Below, one piece after another: positions 49,214 to 62,284 of a DNA stretch of 64,000 nucleotides. The notes under the pieces are model-generated. The model did not search any database. It worked only from the letters and a program-made list of their open reading frames with translations, and was not told where the DNA came from. The stretch spans positions 10,168,001 to 10,232,000 of the forward strand of contig NC_090353.1 of NCBI RefSeq assembly GCF_035084215.1, written 5' to 3'. Source of the stretch: Heptranchias perlo. Its lineage: Eukaryota. The first letter of the stretch is position 1. Each line of letters opens with the position of its first letter. The translations under genes and the position numbers were made by a program.

Positions 49214-50107
49214 TTCTTTTTTCTTCATTCATGGGATGTGGGCGTCGCTGGCAAGGCCGGCATTTATTGCCCATCCCTAATTGCCCTTGAGAAGGTGGTG
49301 GTGAGGTGCCTTCTTGAACCACTGCAGTCCGTGTGGTGAAGGTTCTCCCACAGTGCTGTTAGGAAGGGACTTCCAGGATTTTGACCCAGCGATGACGAAG
49401 GAACGGCGATATATTTCCAAGTCGGGATGGTGTGTGACTTGGAGGGGATCGTGCAGGTGGTGTTGGTCCCATGTGCCTGCTGCCCTTGCCCTTCTAGGTG
49501 GTAGAGATCGCGGGTTTGGGAGGTGCTATCGAAGAAGCCTTGGCGAGTTGCTGCATTACAGCCATTGTGCGCCGGTGGTGAAGGGAGTGAATGTTTAGGG
49601 TGGTGGATGGGGTGCCAATCAAGCAGGCTGATTTGTCCTGGATGATGTCGAGCTTCTTGGGTGTTGTTGGAGCTGCACTCATCCAGGCAAGTGGAGAGTA
49701 TTCCATCACATTCTTGACTAGTGCTTGTAGATGGTGGAAAGGCTTTGGGGAGTCAGGAGGTGAGTCACTCGCCACAGAATACCCAGCCTCTGACCTGCTC
49801 TTGTAGCCACAGTATTTATGTGGCTAGTCCAGTTAAGTTTCTGGTCAATGGTGACCACCAGGATGTTGATGATGGAGGATTCGGCGATGGTAATGCCGTT
49901 GAATGTGAAGGGGAGGTGGTTAGACTCTCCCTTTTGGAGATGGTCATTGCCTGGCACTTGTCTGTCATGAATGTTACTTGCCACTTACCAGCCCAAGCCT
50001 GAATGTTGTCCAGGTCTTGCTGCATGCGGGCACAGAATGCTTCATGATCTGAGGAGTTGCGAATGGAACTGTACACTGCAATCATCAGCGAACATCCCCA
50101 ATTCTGA
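49214..50107 (-). mobile_element. LINE family B 3' fragment, unit-B-specific insertion
   Basis: RT C-terminal motifs (MQQDLDNIQAWA, IDQKLNWTSHI, MEYSPLAW); absent at the paralogous site ~35265. Confidence 0.88.
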
Positions 50108-50891
50108 CACACAACCTCCATTGCAATTCCCCCAACCACCATATGTTAGCTCACCAAAGACAATACACTTGGGGCTGGAATCTGAATTGCCATCATTTTA
50201 AATACTGTTTATGTACTGTGACTAGATTTAAAGGAACAGTTCCCAAAACAAAACAAAACAAAAATACAGTGGGCCCACAATCCCAAACTGTCACCCTAAT
50301 GATGTTGGAGTGGGAATTGCGCACTGACCCAAGAGCCTGACACCACCGAGCTCCTGAGGTCAGTTAATTTACGGCACCGACACCCATGTCAGTATCAGTG
50401 CATCTCAGACGTGGTCTAGAGGGGAGCACAGCAAAATATGTCATTGGCCAGACTCTTTGGGGTGAAGCTGGCTGGTCCGAGTATCAAAAGCTCAGATGGT
50501 TTGAAATCGGCCCTTATTATAGGAGGGTCCATCTCATCGTGGCCACAACTTCAGCATTGGAGTGTTCCAAGCCATTGAAATAGCCTGGAACACTCTTGTG
50601 GGCAACCTACCCATCCCCAGTATCTTAGCAGCATACGTAATGTTGAGGTTCAGGAGGCAGGCCAGGATCCTTGAGCTGTCAGGCACCCACTTTATAACGG
50701 CAAGGTGGAAGCTGGGAGTTGAGCTTCACCAAATGTGGTGAAATTTGAGTGTATTTAAATAATTATTCTCTTAGAAGGAGGGTTCTGTTCTAAAGCAACG
50801 TGGCCTTGCAAAATCTGATATGTTTCACATCAGTTATGTGAAAACTGTGAGGACTCAAACCCTTGTGTGTCTTACAGGCCCATTTCCCTCA

Positions 50892-53557
50892 TGTTGCGGC
50901 AACTAAAGAATTACGGGCTTTGCGATATTAATGCTGATGTAAGGGGTGTGTGTGTATAATCTTTATATGTATACTGAAGTTATGCTAACTAGGAGACAAC
51001 CAGTGTGACCCCAATGCATAATGGGAAGCTTGACTAAAAAGGACTAAAACATAGGGCTTGATTTTACCGTCGGGTTTCCTGTGGGTTTCCAGCGGGGGGG
51101 CCCCGAAAATCCCGATATCCAGTCACGTGACCGGATCGCGCCACGATCCCGACCACTTCCGGGTTCTCCGATGACGTGCGGGGCTGCGTGCACGGCCCCC
51201 GCTGGTGGGAATCCCGCAGGCAATTAAAGCCAGCGGGGTTCCACTTGAGAGTACTTAACTTGCTTGTTGAGGTCATTAAATGAGCTGAATCAGCTGTCAA
51301 AACAGGAAGTGTGGGATTTTACCTTCAACGCAGAGTGTTTCACACACTGGGGGAAACAGTCTCCCTCCAACCAGGCGTGTTGCAGCCAGCAGCCCGTGGC
51401 AGCTGCCAAGGTGCACTCCACGGGGGTGGGGGGGGGGGGAGAGCCCTCACCCACACAGGAGGCCACCGCGTCACATAGGGCAACCCCTGCCCCCCACCAC
51501 CCCCCGCCAAGCCAGAGGACAGACCAACGCGAAACCGCAGCCCCAGTCCGAGGAACCACCCACCTACCCTGCACAACCCCTCAGACCAAGACCTGCCAGA
51601 TGGGTGGTGCGTGGACACCCTCGGAGGACGAACAGCATGACCAGCCCCAGCAGCCTCGCAGTCCACGCCGTCCGCCGCAGAGACGTGGATCCCCCCAACA
51701 CGGTGCTGTTGCACGCCCACCTGCACAGCAGGAGGGAGGGCAACCGCAGAGAGAGATGCGTCGCAGAGGGCACTACCCTCGCCACAGGGTCCACAGACCG
51801 AGGCGCAGCTCCCCGGACCTCTCCGAGCAGCAGTGCACACAGAGGCGCAGATTCACTCGACATGTAGTCGTGGAGATCTGCAGGCTCTTTCATGCCGAGC
51901 TGCTCCTGGCTGGCCCCAGCACCATCTGCTTACCTATCGCTGCCAAAGTCACCACTGCCCTCCACAACTTCTCCTCCGCATCCTTCCAGGGTGCAGCCGG
52001 GTACACCGCCGATGTCTCTCAGTCGTCTGCGCGGAGGAGCCCTGCAAATACACCTGCACCTACTCTGCAGTGACACAATGGGTGGCATCAGTGGTGGGTC
52101 CTCATAGTGATACCCAGGAGCGGGCATTATTGGACACAACAGACAGGATTCGCGGAGACATGGCAGTGGTGGTGCCAATATAATGTGTGATGTTTGTTGC
52201 TCTGAAATTCAATATAGGTAACACCCATGGCAAACCCTCAGACACCCTTGTGCATCCCCTTCATGCTCACGACACGTTTGCCTTACGCTGCCTACTGCAC
52301 ATATGTGATGCATGCCCTGTGGCTGCAGCACAGGTGGTGGCAGGTTGAGTGAGGCTGGCCGTGAGGGAGATGCACGAGAGGGTGAGTATGGGATGGAGCC
52401 ATGAGATTGTATGAGGATTGGGTTGCGTGTTAGTGGCGGGGTGAGTACTGGCGAGGTGAGTAGGTGCAGGTAAGATGAGGATGGGGTTTGAGTGGGTATG
52501 AGGGGTGATGTGACAGAGTAGTGTTGGCGGTGCCGAAGGAGATGTGGGGTGGGGGCAGTGTTGTGGCAGACGGAGTGTAGGGGAAAGACTACGTGTTCTC
52601 ACTGTGGCTGACCTACTGCGGTCATTGGAGCGCCTCCTGCACTGTATGCAGGTGGGCGATATGTTGGTGGCGCAGGTGACCCCCTCTGCCATCTCGAGCA
52701 AGGCCTTCTTGGTGGCAGAGGCAGGCTGCTTCCTCCCGCCCGCCGGGTGGAAGATCTCTGTCCTCCCCCTCCTCCTCACCCCATCTGATGATACCTGGGG
52801 TGAGGCATCATTAAACTGGGAGCAGCCTTGCCCCTGGGCTGCTCCATGCTGTAATTTGTTCCATTGGTTGCAGCATCTGTCAGTGGAGGACTGCCCCTTT
52901 AACTAGAGAGCCTCCAGCTGACAGATCGTACTGCGCATGCGCAGTCCGCCCGACGCGCAGACCAGCAGCGCGGACCCCGGAGGAGCAGGTAAGTGGCTCC
53001 AATTAGTGGATTGCCTGCTACGATCGCGCGGGCAACCCATTAATTTCACCGGGCGCGGAGGCCACGCACCTGAAACCCAACCCGCCAGAAACCCGCAGGC
53101 CTGCTAAAATCAGGCCCATAGTGTCAGCAGTTTAACCGTAGCAGTTGTCATAAACATGTTTTCACAAAACCTTGTAAGAAGAACAATGGACTAAGATAAT
53201 GATAATGGGAGACCTGGGACACCGGATAAGGGGAATTGTAACCATAGAAAGGCAGAAGTAAGAGCTTAAGACAGTTGAGATAAGAGGGACATCTGTTCCT
53301 GCACACGTGCGAGACTCCATGATGACTATGGACAAGGTATAGGCAGGACCTAGTTGGTCACATGTGTGAGGCCAACAGACTGCTGCCTGTCAGTATCAAC
53401 CGTACAGTGTATGAAGGCTGATGAAATTGCTTAATCGGAGAGACTCTTGGCTCGCTAAGGCTGTCCCCTGAATATGCTTGAATAATTTCTGATTACGAAA
53501 GGCTCTCCGGACTCAGTGTGGGTGACTTGAATGGTGACCGAGACGGTCACTACAACA
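50892..53557. mobile_element. Probable solo LTR (~600 bp) split by a Harbinger element
   Basis: TGTTG...CAACA termini; near-perfect 5-bp TSD cctca/cctcc; empty site at ~36355 in unit A. Confidence 0.75.
51054..53117. mobile_element. PIF/Harbinger DNA transposon, internally deleted
   Basis: 13-bp TIRs gggcttgatttta / taaaatcaggccc, 3-bp TSD ATA; convergent remnants of transposase (+, ~51750-52030: RVHRPR..DLSEQQC..RF..AKVTTALHNFSSASFQ) and Myb/SANT protein (-, ~52600-52850). Confidence 0.9.
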
Positions 53558-54064
53558 CCTCCTCAGCTGTGTTTGTAAAACACCACCCAATATCCTGGCC
53601 ATCTAACTGGACCCATCGAGTTCTAGGTGGACAACAGTAGCTGATAATTCAAAGTAGTAAACAATAGAGACACACCCAATCTAGGGCTCTTCCTGCAAGT
53701 CCATTAAGCTTTGAACAATGCCGAGTGGATCTTCCTGCTCCCCATGTTGAACAAATGGTCTTTAGTGATGCATTCAGACAATGGATCAAAATCCTTTATT
53801 TTTACCACTCATCCTCGATGACCATTATTTGCTAAGGCTTCACTGCAATCTCCAGAGAAGAGCCAGAAAGGACCGTGATGCCTGTCTGTTTCCACTGACT
53901 GTGGCCATTTAGAATATGATTCTTGTTTCTCCTGTCTCGCACTTCTGGGCAGGATACCCACAGCAGTCTTGTTCTCAGATACGTGAGGTTAGATAAAATT
54001 TCCAATCTTATTCCTCCAAAGCTCCAAATAGTCTGTCCTTCAGTCCCTTCATCCATCCTGTACC

Positions 54065-54640
54065 TCTAGACTGGACTATTGCAATGCTCTCCTGGCTGGT
54101 TTCCATCATCCACCCTCCATAAACTTCAGCTCCTCCACATCTCTGCTGCCCGTATCCTAACTCGCACCAAGTCCCGTTCACCCATCACCCCGGTGCTCAC
54201 TGACCGACATTGGCTCCCGGTCCAGAAACGCTTCGAATTTATATTTCTCGTCTTTGTTTTCAAACCCCTCCATGGCATCGCCCTTCACAATCTCTGTAAC
54301 CTCCTCCAGCCCTACAACACTCTGAGATCTCTGAGCTCCTCCAATACTTGCCTCTTGTGCATCCCCGATTTTATTGCTCCAACATTGGCAGCTGTGCCTT
54401 CAGCTGCCTAGGTCCGAAGCTCTGGAATTCCCTCCCTAAACCTCTCCACCTCGCTACCTCTCTCTCCTCCTTTCGACACTCCTTAAAACCTACCTCTTTG
54501 ACCAAGCTTTTGGTCACTTGTCCTAACGCTTCCTTTTGTGGCTTGGTGTCAAATTTTGCTTGATAATGCTCCTGTGAAGCACCTTGGGACATTTTACTAT
54601 GTTAAGGGCACTGTATAAATGCAAGTTTATGTTGTTGATT
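54065..54640 (+). mobile_element. L2 LINE 3' fragment (paralog of 36860-37435)
   Basis: AARILTRTKSRSPITPVLTD.HWLPV; LWNSLP; 3' UTR. Confidence 0.88.
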
Positions 54641-55094
54641 TTGTTATTGTCTCTGTGTTGAAATGAAGAGCCATCACACAATCCTCCACTTTAACTCATT
54701 CTCTCTAGGATCTCAGAAATGTGGAACTCTTTCCCTCCATCAGTCTCTCTTTGCTCCTATAATCTACAGGTTTCAAACCCCAATGTTCTCATCACTTACT
54801 TGATCTTCCCCCCCCCCCACTACCCTTTAAGATCATAGTTTATTTTGTAAAATATGACATTTCAGTATGGGGTTATTCAAGAGATCAGGGAATATAATAT
54901 ATCCCATCACATATTCTGTCTTCACCCACTCAAACATGCTGTCGCTCATTCACTTCATGCATCAGGTTACGTTCAATTCAGAATGGGCTTGGGCCTTTTG
55001 TAATCAGCATAAGTGAAAAATGTTGGGAGCTGGTCAAATTGGGACATATCTCCGGACGATGTGTCACACAATCCACTCCCTCCATGGCCACGCA

Positions 55095-56480
55095 CGGAAT
55101 CATCGAATCTTACAGCAGGGAAGGGGGACATTCGGCCCATTGCACCTGTGCCGATGCTTTGAGAAACCAATCCAATTAGTTCCTTTATTCCACCCATTCA
55201 ACTGCTCTTTTAAATTTTTCTTTTTCAAATATTTATCCACTTCCCCTGTGAAAATCTTTCGCATTCCGTTTCCACCACTGTTCCTGGTACAGCATTCTAC
55301 GTCCTAACTACCCTCTCTGTAATAACAATTCTCCTACCCTCCCCAGTCATTCTTTCGGTGATGATCTTAGATTTATTCCCTCTTGTTACCAACTAACCAA
55401 CCTCTGGAAATAGTCTTTACCCAATTTACCTTCACAAAAGTTCTCCATTTTCAACACCGATCTTAGAACAAGGAAGGTTAAGAAGAGATCGAAGTAAAAG
55501 ACCCTCAATTAATCTAATCCCTCCTGATAACTAAAGCCTCTCATCCCTGATATCTCATTCCTTGACATCCTTCCAACATCAGGGTGCCCAAAACTGAATG
55601 CAATGTTCTAACTATGGCCTAACCAATGATTTGTTTTGGTTTAGTATTACCTCTTTGCTGTTGAACTCTATGCCCCTCGATACAAAACCTGGATCCAATA
55701 TGCTTTTTTTTTTAAACAGCTTTATCAATTTGTTCACTTTCTTTTACAGATCGGTGTATCTAAACACTTAAGTCTCTCACCTCCTTTAGTGTAAAGTGCT
55801 CACTTATTCTTCCTCCCAAAATGTAACACCTCACATTTCTCACTATTAAATTTCATCTATCGACTGGCCCGATCTAGGAACGTGTCTCTATCCTCCTGAA
55901 GTTGCATTCAGGTCTCTTCACAGTTAATCACATTCCCTATTTTTGTGTTGACTAGAAGTTTTGATATTATAACCCCATACTCAAATCCAGATCATTTATA
56001 TATTGAGGAAAGCAATGGTCCCAACACTGGCCCTTGGGGGACACCACCGTGTATCTCCCTCCAGGCAAATGAACACCCATTAACCACAACTCCCTTTCCT
56101 GCGTTGCTACATTCCCTTTAATTTTAATCAACAAGCCTCCTATGTGACCTGTTTTCAACCCCCTTTTGAAACTCCATATACACAACATTTACTGCACCTC
56201 CTTTATCCTCAAAGAATTCCATTAAATTTGTCAGACATTATTTGTCTTTTATGAAGCTATGCTGACTCTCGGTAATGAGCCCATGTCTCTCGGTGAGTAT
56301 TAATGCATCCCGTATAATGGCCTCGAGAAACTAACCCACTGCTGATGTTAATCTGACTGGTCTATAGTTACCCAGTTTATCCATTTTTGCACAGAGGTGT
56401 TACAGTAGGAACCTTCCTGACCCAACTTCCATATCCAAGGATGTTTGAAAGATTGTGGTCAGACCCTCTGCTACTTCCTC
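55095..56480 (-). mobile_element. Old CR1 LINE fragment
   Basis: Degraded RT region (PQG-type gtgtcccccaagggccagtgttggga; YINDLD) and CR1 3' UTR at ~55100-55150. Confidence 0.75.
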
Positions 56481-56644
56481 TCAGACTTCTCTCAGCATTC
56501 GTGGATGCACGGAAACAGGACCAGAATTGGAGCAAAGTGTTGGGTCTCCTCATGTCTAGACCACTTTGCTGGTGTCAATGATGGGGAGGAGCACACAAGC
56601 TGACAAAACACACACACTTGGGTAAGTTTCCTGCACAGGTTCTC

Positions 56645-56650
56645 TTTATT
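56645..56650 (-). terminator. poly(A) signal of cluster B
   Basis: AATAAA ~400 nt after the C stop, GT-rich downstream element. Confidence 0.75.
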
Positions 56651-57054
56651 GGAAGTTATGAGCAATGACAGTCATTGTCAGTTTGATGCTGTTGGCAGAT
56701 CATAAACAATCTTCATTAATTATTTTCATTAAATCCAGCATTGGTGCTGAGCAAAGAACCCATTTGAAGTGAAATTCCTGATTAGAGCCACTTTAACCCT
56801 CGTGTAGTCTCTTGTAATGGGAGAAATGAGCAAAACCTCCATCAGGTACAAAAACACTTCAAATAATACAGCAGAACCACACAAAGCCAAACAGAAGCAC
56901 AAAATGCAGCGGATACCAAGGGTAACAGGGTAGAAGATGGCAGGGTGGGGGGTGGGGGGGAAGTGGGGTAAATGGGTACTAGAGGGGGTGGGGGAAAAGA
57001 GGTGACGAATTCCCCACTAATCTGGCAGCAAACTCAAGTGAAGCTTCAATCTAT

Positions 57055-57377
57055 TTAACAGTCGGATTGTGTGACCGTTGCGGATGTTTGTGAAGCTGCT
57101 CCTTGTTGAACTGCACAGGAGTACACCTTCCCACTGCTCCAGTCAGTGCCGGGGACCCTCAGGTAGCTGCTGAGACTGAAAGTGTTGTCCGTGCTCCGCG
57201 ACACTGCGCTGGTTTGGACCTCACTGCTCGTCGGAGTCCCATCGACTGTCCAGCTGACCCCAGCGAAGCCCATGGACAGTTTGCTGACCAGGCAAACTAA
57301 CGTGCCTTCTCCTTTAGTGGACATCTCCTCAGCTGAAGGCCCAAGCAGTTTTACTGAAGGGACAGGGAGTTCCTGAG
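57055..57377 (-). CDS. IgL: Ig light chain sigma cluster B, C exon
   Basis: Intact C1-set domain; differs from C-A at three residues (STKG vs STEG, FAG vs FTG, SAV vs STV). Confidence 0.95.
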
Positions 57378-60300
57378 CTGCAATAGGAACCAGAGAAAAC
57401 ATGTTTGTGTAAAGTTATAGAAAAGCTCATCATCATTTCAGAGTTTAATAGAAGCAGTTGTGAAAGGTTGCAGCTTCCTATAGTGGGCCCCAGAAGTTTA
57501 CAGTGAGTGACAGGGCATTGCCCCTTTACGATTGTCCAGGCTTAGTCAAAACAGAAAGGACTGGAATTATGATCTAAAGTTATTGTTTCCGGACCCTCCT
57601 GGTGACCCGATGGATTAGACCATCACTCGCTGTGGAACTTCACCTCCAGCTCCCAGGTTCCATCCCTGGTCTGTGCCCAGTTAGCTGATCTGGGGTGAGT
57701 GCACCAGGGACAATTGGCCTCAGTATCCTGGGTTAGGGAGAGAAGTGATCCAAGATTCTGACCACAAACCAGTGACCTCGGGCAGGATTTGGCTCAAATC
57801 CGATCTCCGAATGTTCTGTAAACTTGTCCCCAAAACAAGCCGTACCCCTGAACCAGGTGTGATTGATGCCAGTACTGACTCGCAGCCGATAATCTAACCC
57901 AAGTACTGACAGGCTATTTGACCATGGAAGCATCATAGCTGGGCTTGACCCTGTACGGTTCAGTGACACAATGTCGTAGATTTTCAACTTAACCACCCGG
58001 GCCTAAAATACACGATGCCGATCGGGGGCCTGATCAAAATTCCGCAACATTTTCATTTCTAATGATTTCAAGCTGGAAATTTTCCCCAATGGTTGATGTG
58101 TTTTGGCACTGAGCCATTAAGGGACTTGGGAGAGAGACAGCCAGTATAAAGTGGTACCATACTGGTGAAATACACCCACCCAGTCCTACCCGCTGCACAA
58201 TCCTCCTCTTCCTTTTATCCCTTCCCTCACCACCCATCATTAATCCCCCTGCTGTGCCACCCATTGCTGTGGGAAGGATAAAAAGATCTCAATCTCTCCA
58301 TTGCCCCAGTGGCTCAGGGGTTGAGAGCACCTGGTGTGTGGTCCTGAGCTCAACAGACCAGTAAACGACAGGTCGGTCAATGCTGATGCTACAATTGGCA
58401 CATTACCCATCGGTTGGGAGAGGGGGATGAAAAGCTAACATCTCCCTTTCCTGGTGGATACCCAGTGAGACTTCTCCCTCCTCCCACCTCTCCCTGGAAA
58501 GGCACTCAGTTGTGGATGTGAGGTGAGGACAGGACAAGGCCATTGACAGGTGAATGACCTGCCGACACTCGCTGTCCCGGCTACTCCATGAGGAATGGTC
58601 AATTGGGGCAAGGTGGTGGAGGCTCACAACTCACATGGACACAAGCCCGATGGAACGGCGAGAAAGATTCTCAATAACCAAGTGTACGCGGTTGATGTGG
58701 GGCTGCTGGCAACATACACGATGCAGCACCGCTAACCCACCGCACAGGCTCGGTGTCGACATGGCAACCAGCAGCAGTTTACAGTCAGCAAGTGGTCTGG
58801 GGCCTGGTCCGGGTGTTAGCGGGCGATGCCAAACATCAGCACAAACCATCAAGCCTTTTCACCACAGTGCCGTCCTACCAGAGTCCGGCTACAAAGAGAT
58901 TCTGGTCCCCGCACACCATAGGGGTGGATTCTCACCAGAACCGGAGCTGCCGCCACAGAATGAGCAGCAACCAGAATCATATAGCAGCAGGACTCAGAAA
59001 GGAGCAGTGATGAGAGGAATGGATGGCAAAGAAGTGAAGAGGGAAGGGAGCAGAGGCTGAGAGTGGTGCTTTTAGCATGGGGGTGAATCGGAACGAGTGT
59101 TCCAGCATGAACTGGGGGGATTTGAAGAGGTGACAGTGTTTGAGAGGATGGAACATTGGATGGGGTACAGTGTCTGCATGAAAGGTGGGGAGTTGGATGG
59201 GGTACAGTGTCTGCATGAAAGGTGGGGAGTTGGATGGGGTACAGTGCCTCTGAAGTGACTCCGAATGAGGTGGGTAGCTAGCGAGGGCCTCTCAACTGGG
59301 GCAGGGAGGGAAGGTTTATCGTGGGAGAGTAACAGGTTTGTTTTTTCTTTTTTTTAAAAAAAACTATCAACTGCAAAATGTAAAATGTTTAAAATTCCTG
59401 GAATTCCCTTCCTAACAGCACTGTGGGAGAACCTTCACCACATGGACTGCAGCGGTTCAAGAAGATGGCTCACCACCACCTTCTCAAGGGCAATTAGGGA
59501 TGGCAACAAATGCCGGCCTCGCCAGCGACACCCACATCCCATGAGCGAATAACAGAATACGACATTTTTAATGTAAAAACAAAATCAAAATTTTCTAGCA
59601 AACCCTCAGCCAGAAAGAAACCAATTTTGTGCCTTTAACATTTGGATTTCCCTTCTGTCATTCATGTACCCCTGTTCTATCTTGTTCTCATACAGATGGA
59701 GCAGTGTTGAGATACCTACAGCTTAAGTTACGAGGCCTGTGCAACTACTTGTATTCACGTGTCATAGTTTTATAATCAAGGCTCTCCTTGAGTGGTCAGG
59801 TTTTTTTTGGAGGCCCAGTGTCAGCTTTTTGGAAACTGTTGGACAGTTTTGTTCATTTCCGAGGTTGACGTGTATGTCGATGGCTGAGCCAGGATTACAC
59901 CTCCAGGTCTGGGCTCACACCGGGCTTTAGCAGCTGGTTTGCAACAGATGTGTTTTGGAATTGACTGAAATGCATCATTGTCCCTTTAGGACGAGTGGGT
60001 GCAGCAGCAATGTCCCGAGACCCTGAGTATAGTCAGTAATTCGACATCAATTGCAGCCATTTCAATTACAGAAATGCAGCACAGATGTGAAATGTTTTGT
60101 TTGAGGATCAGGGTGGAATCGGTGCAGACAAATGTGGATCAGTGGTGTACGTGGAACGATTCAAATCAAATGTAGGGGATGGGTAAGGATGACTGAATAA
60201 ATGAAAACTCAGGGACATCCATGGTATTAAAAAGATCGAGAACTACCGATCCTGAGCAATCTAATCGGGAATGAGAAATATATGGAATCTGGAACTATGT

Positions 60301-61246
60301 CCAGGCAGAGTGCAGAGGACGGAAGGTTCTGGCACCGCGGGTTCCATGGTTTGGGGAGGGGGCGGAGGGGGGGGGCGGTGTGGTGGGGGGGAATGTGGAG
60401 TAATGGCCCCCTGGTTCGACCTCCTCCCTTGGTCTGGCGCCTGTCAGCTGATGTCAATCAGGGACGTCGTAGGGGTCAACGGAATTGGCCTCAGTGCCCT
60501 CAGTCTGAGGAAGGGTGGTGGTGAGGGGGGAATATCCAAGGCTCCCTCCCCTCTCCCCTCTCCCCTCCCCCGCTTCAACTCGCCCGAGGACTTCCCGTGT
60601 GAAGAAACTTCTTGGCCTTTTAATGGAAGATCAGCAGGTTCTGACTGTCCCAGTTGTGTCTGTCATCACCCCCTGTGCTCGCTGACCTACACTGGCTCCC
60701 AGTCCCCCAACGCATCTACTTTAAAATTCTCATTATGTTCAAATCCCTCCATGGCCTGTTCAATGTAAAACACTTTAGGACATGAGAAGGTGTTACATCA
60801 AGGCAATTTCTCTCTTTATAATTTTTAAATTTATATCTTTAATTCATCCGAATGGTGAAAAACATTCCCACCATTGTTAAATGAATCAGCTCAACTTGGG
60901 GGAGGGGGAAACACAATTTAACCCTTTTAAAAACAAACTAGCAATCCATGTTCAGAGAGAATTTTGGGAATAAAATTATTGCAATTCAATCAGAATTGTA
61001 AAATTACAGATCATTAATAAATAGAGAGAAAGAGGGCACTCAGAAACAGACCTAGAAACACAACACTAATTAACAATTAGTGTCAGAAACACAGCAATAA
61101 TTAACAGAACTAGTGTCATGATTGTACTGGAATCAGTATTTTCACTCTAAAATTAGTGTCTAACAAGTGGGTACTAAGAATTAACTGAGTTTAAATTATT
61201 AATTAATTTCTAAATGTGCAATTTCACACAGCTAGTAGCTGCAGGA

Positions 61247-61256
61247 GGGAATTCCC
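61247..61256. promoter_or_regulatory. Candidate NF-kappaB site in J-C intron (cluster B)
   Basis: GGGAATTCCC, same position as in cluster A. Confidence 0.5.
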
Positions 61257-61266
61257 AGTCACTTAC

Positions 61267-61303
61267 CTGCAACAAAGAGCTTGGTCCCTTTGCCGAACAC
61301 CCA
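61267..61303 (-). CDS. IgL: Ig light chain sigma cluster B, J segment (WVFGKGTKLFVA)
   Basis: FGxG motif, heptamer and GTAAGT donor. Confidence 0.95.
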
Positions 61304-61342
61304 CACAGTGCGATGTTCTTGGGATCAGTCCATACAGTTATC
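61304..61342 (+). promoter_or_regulatory. 23-RSS of J (cluster B)
   Basis: CACAGTG-23-ACAGTTATC. Confidence 0.85.
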
Positions 61343-61656
61343 CAGGACCCTGGAAATCAGGAAAAAACACGTTCAGATGCTCCAGTCCCAACATAAAGTC
61401 TGATTAATGTATTCCGAGTGTCCCAGCTGGTGTGGGGCAGTAAGGAATGGACACACAGCAACATTCACAGACTGACATTAAATGTCAGCAACACACAATA
61501 GTGGGCAGTGAGATTCAGAATATTATCAATTATGAAATGATATAAATTGGAAAATATTGTATAAAGGACAAAATTTGAAGTGACTTTATCAAATGTAAAA
61601 CATGAGAATGTTTTATCAGATACAAAGATATTAAGTGTATGATATTTGCTGCTCCC

Positions 61657-61684
61657 AGTTTTTGTTTTACCTTCTGTCACTGTG
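61657..61684 (-). promoter_or_regulatory. 12-RSS of V (cluster B)
   Basis: CACAGTG-12-ACAAAAACT. Confidence 0.96.
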
Positions 61685-62011
61685 TCACATAAGTACTGCT
61701 TGATGAAACCCACTTTCCACAGTAATAGACGGCAGCGTCAGTCACCTCCACATTATTTATGATTAACTGGTAAATGTTGTGGCCGCTGTTGGCTTTCGAT
61801 GTGAAATGGCTGCTGCTAAACCCAGAACCATAGGTTGGGGCACTGAGAGAGTGATAGTAATAGAGGATCCACTGAGGAGCTTCTCCTGGTGTCTGCTTGT
61901 ACCAGTACACATATTGGCTATCGACCGTCCCAATGTTGCAGTCCAGTGTGGCCGTGGCTCCAGGTTTCACAGTCAGGTCTGGAGGCTGAGTCAGAGTCTG
62001 AGACTGTCCAT
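61685..62011 (-). CDS. IgL: Ig light chain sigma cluster B, V exon (germline, unrearranged)
   Basis: Translation identical to cluster A V; intact acceptor and RSS. Confidence 0.95.
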
Positions 62012-62116
62012 CTGTAAAAGAGCAGGGATTAAACATTACACATTGACTCTTTAAAAGTGATCCCAAGCTCCCCATCCGATGCTGCAGGAAGAGCAGAGTT
62101 CAGTGTCTGTACTTAC

Positions 62117-62165
62117 AGCCCAGCCACAGTGCCAGAGACCAGAAAAAGCACAGCGTCCGCATCAT
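62117..62165 (-). CDS. IgL: Ig light chain sigma cluster B, leader exon
   Basis: Same sequence as the cluster A leader (offset 18960); GTAAGT donor. Confidence 0.92.
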
Positions 62166-62243
62166 TTCTGCCAGTGAGCTTCCTGCCGCCCTTCACCGAG
62201 TGTATCTGAGACAGACTGTGGCAGCAGCTGCCCATTGAACCCA

Positions 62244-62284
62244 GTTATAGACCCATTCACATCAGGAAGGAAATCCATGCAAAT
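62244..62284 (-). promoter_or_regulatory. V promoter of cluster B (octamer + TATA-like)
   Basis: ATTTGCAT at 62284-62277; TATAAC at 62249-62244. Confidence 0.85.

Noticed and set aside
51264-52073. 269-aa ORF as a domesticated HARBI1-like gene
   Set aside because: Lies within TIR/TSD-bounded element, lacks the DDE catalytic region and is degenerate
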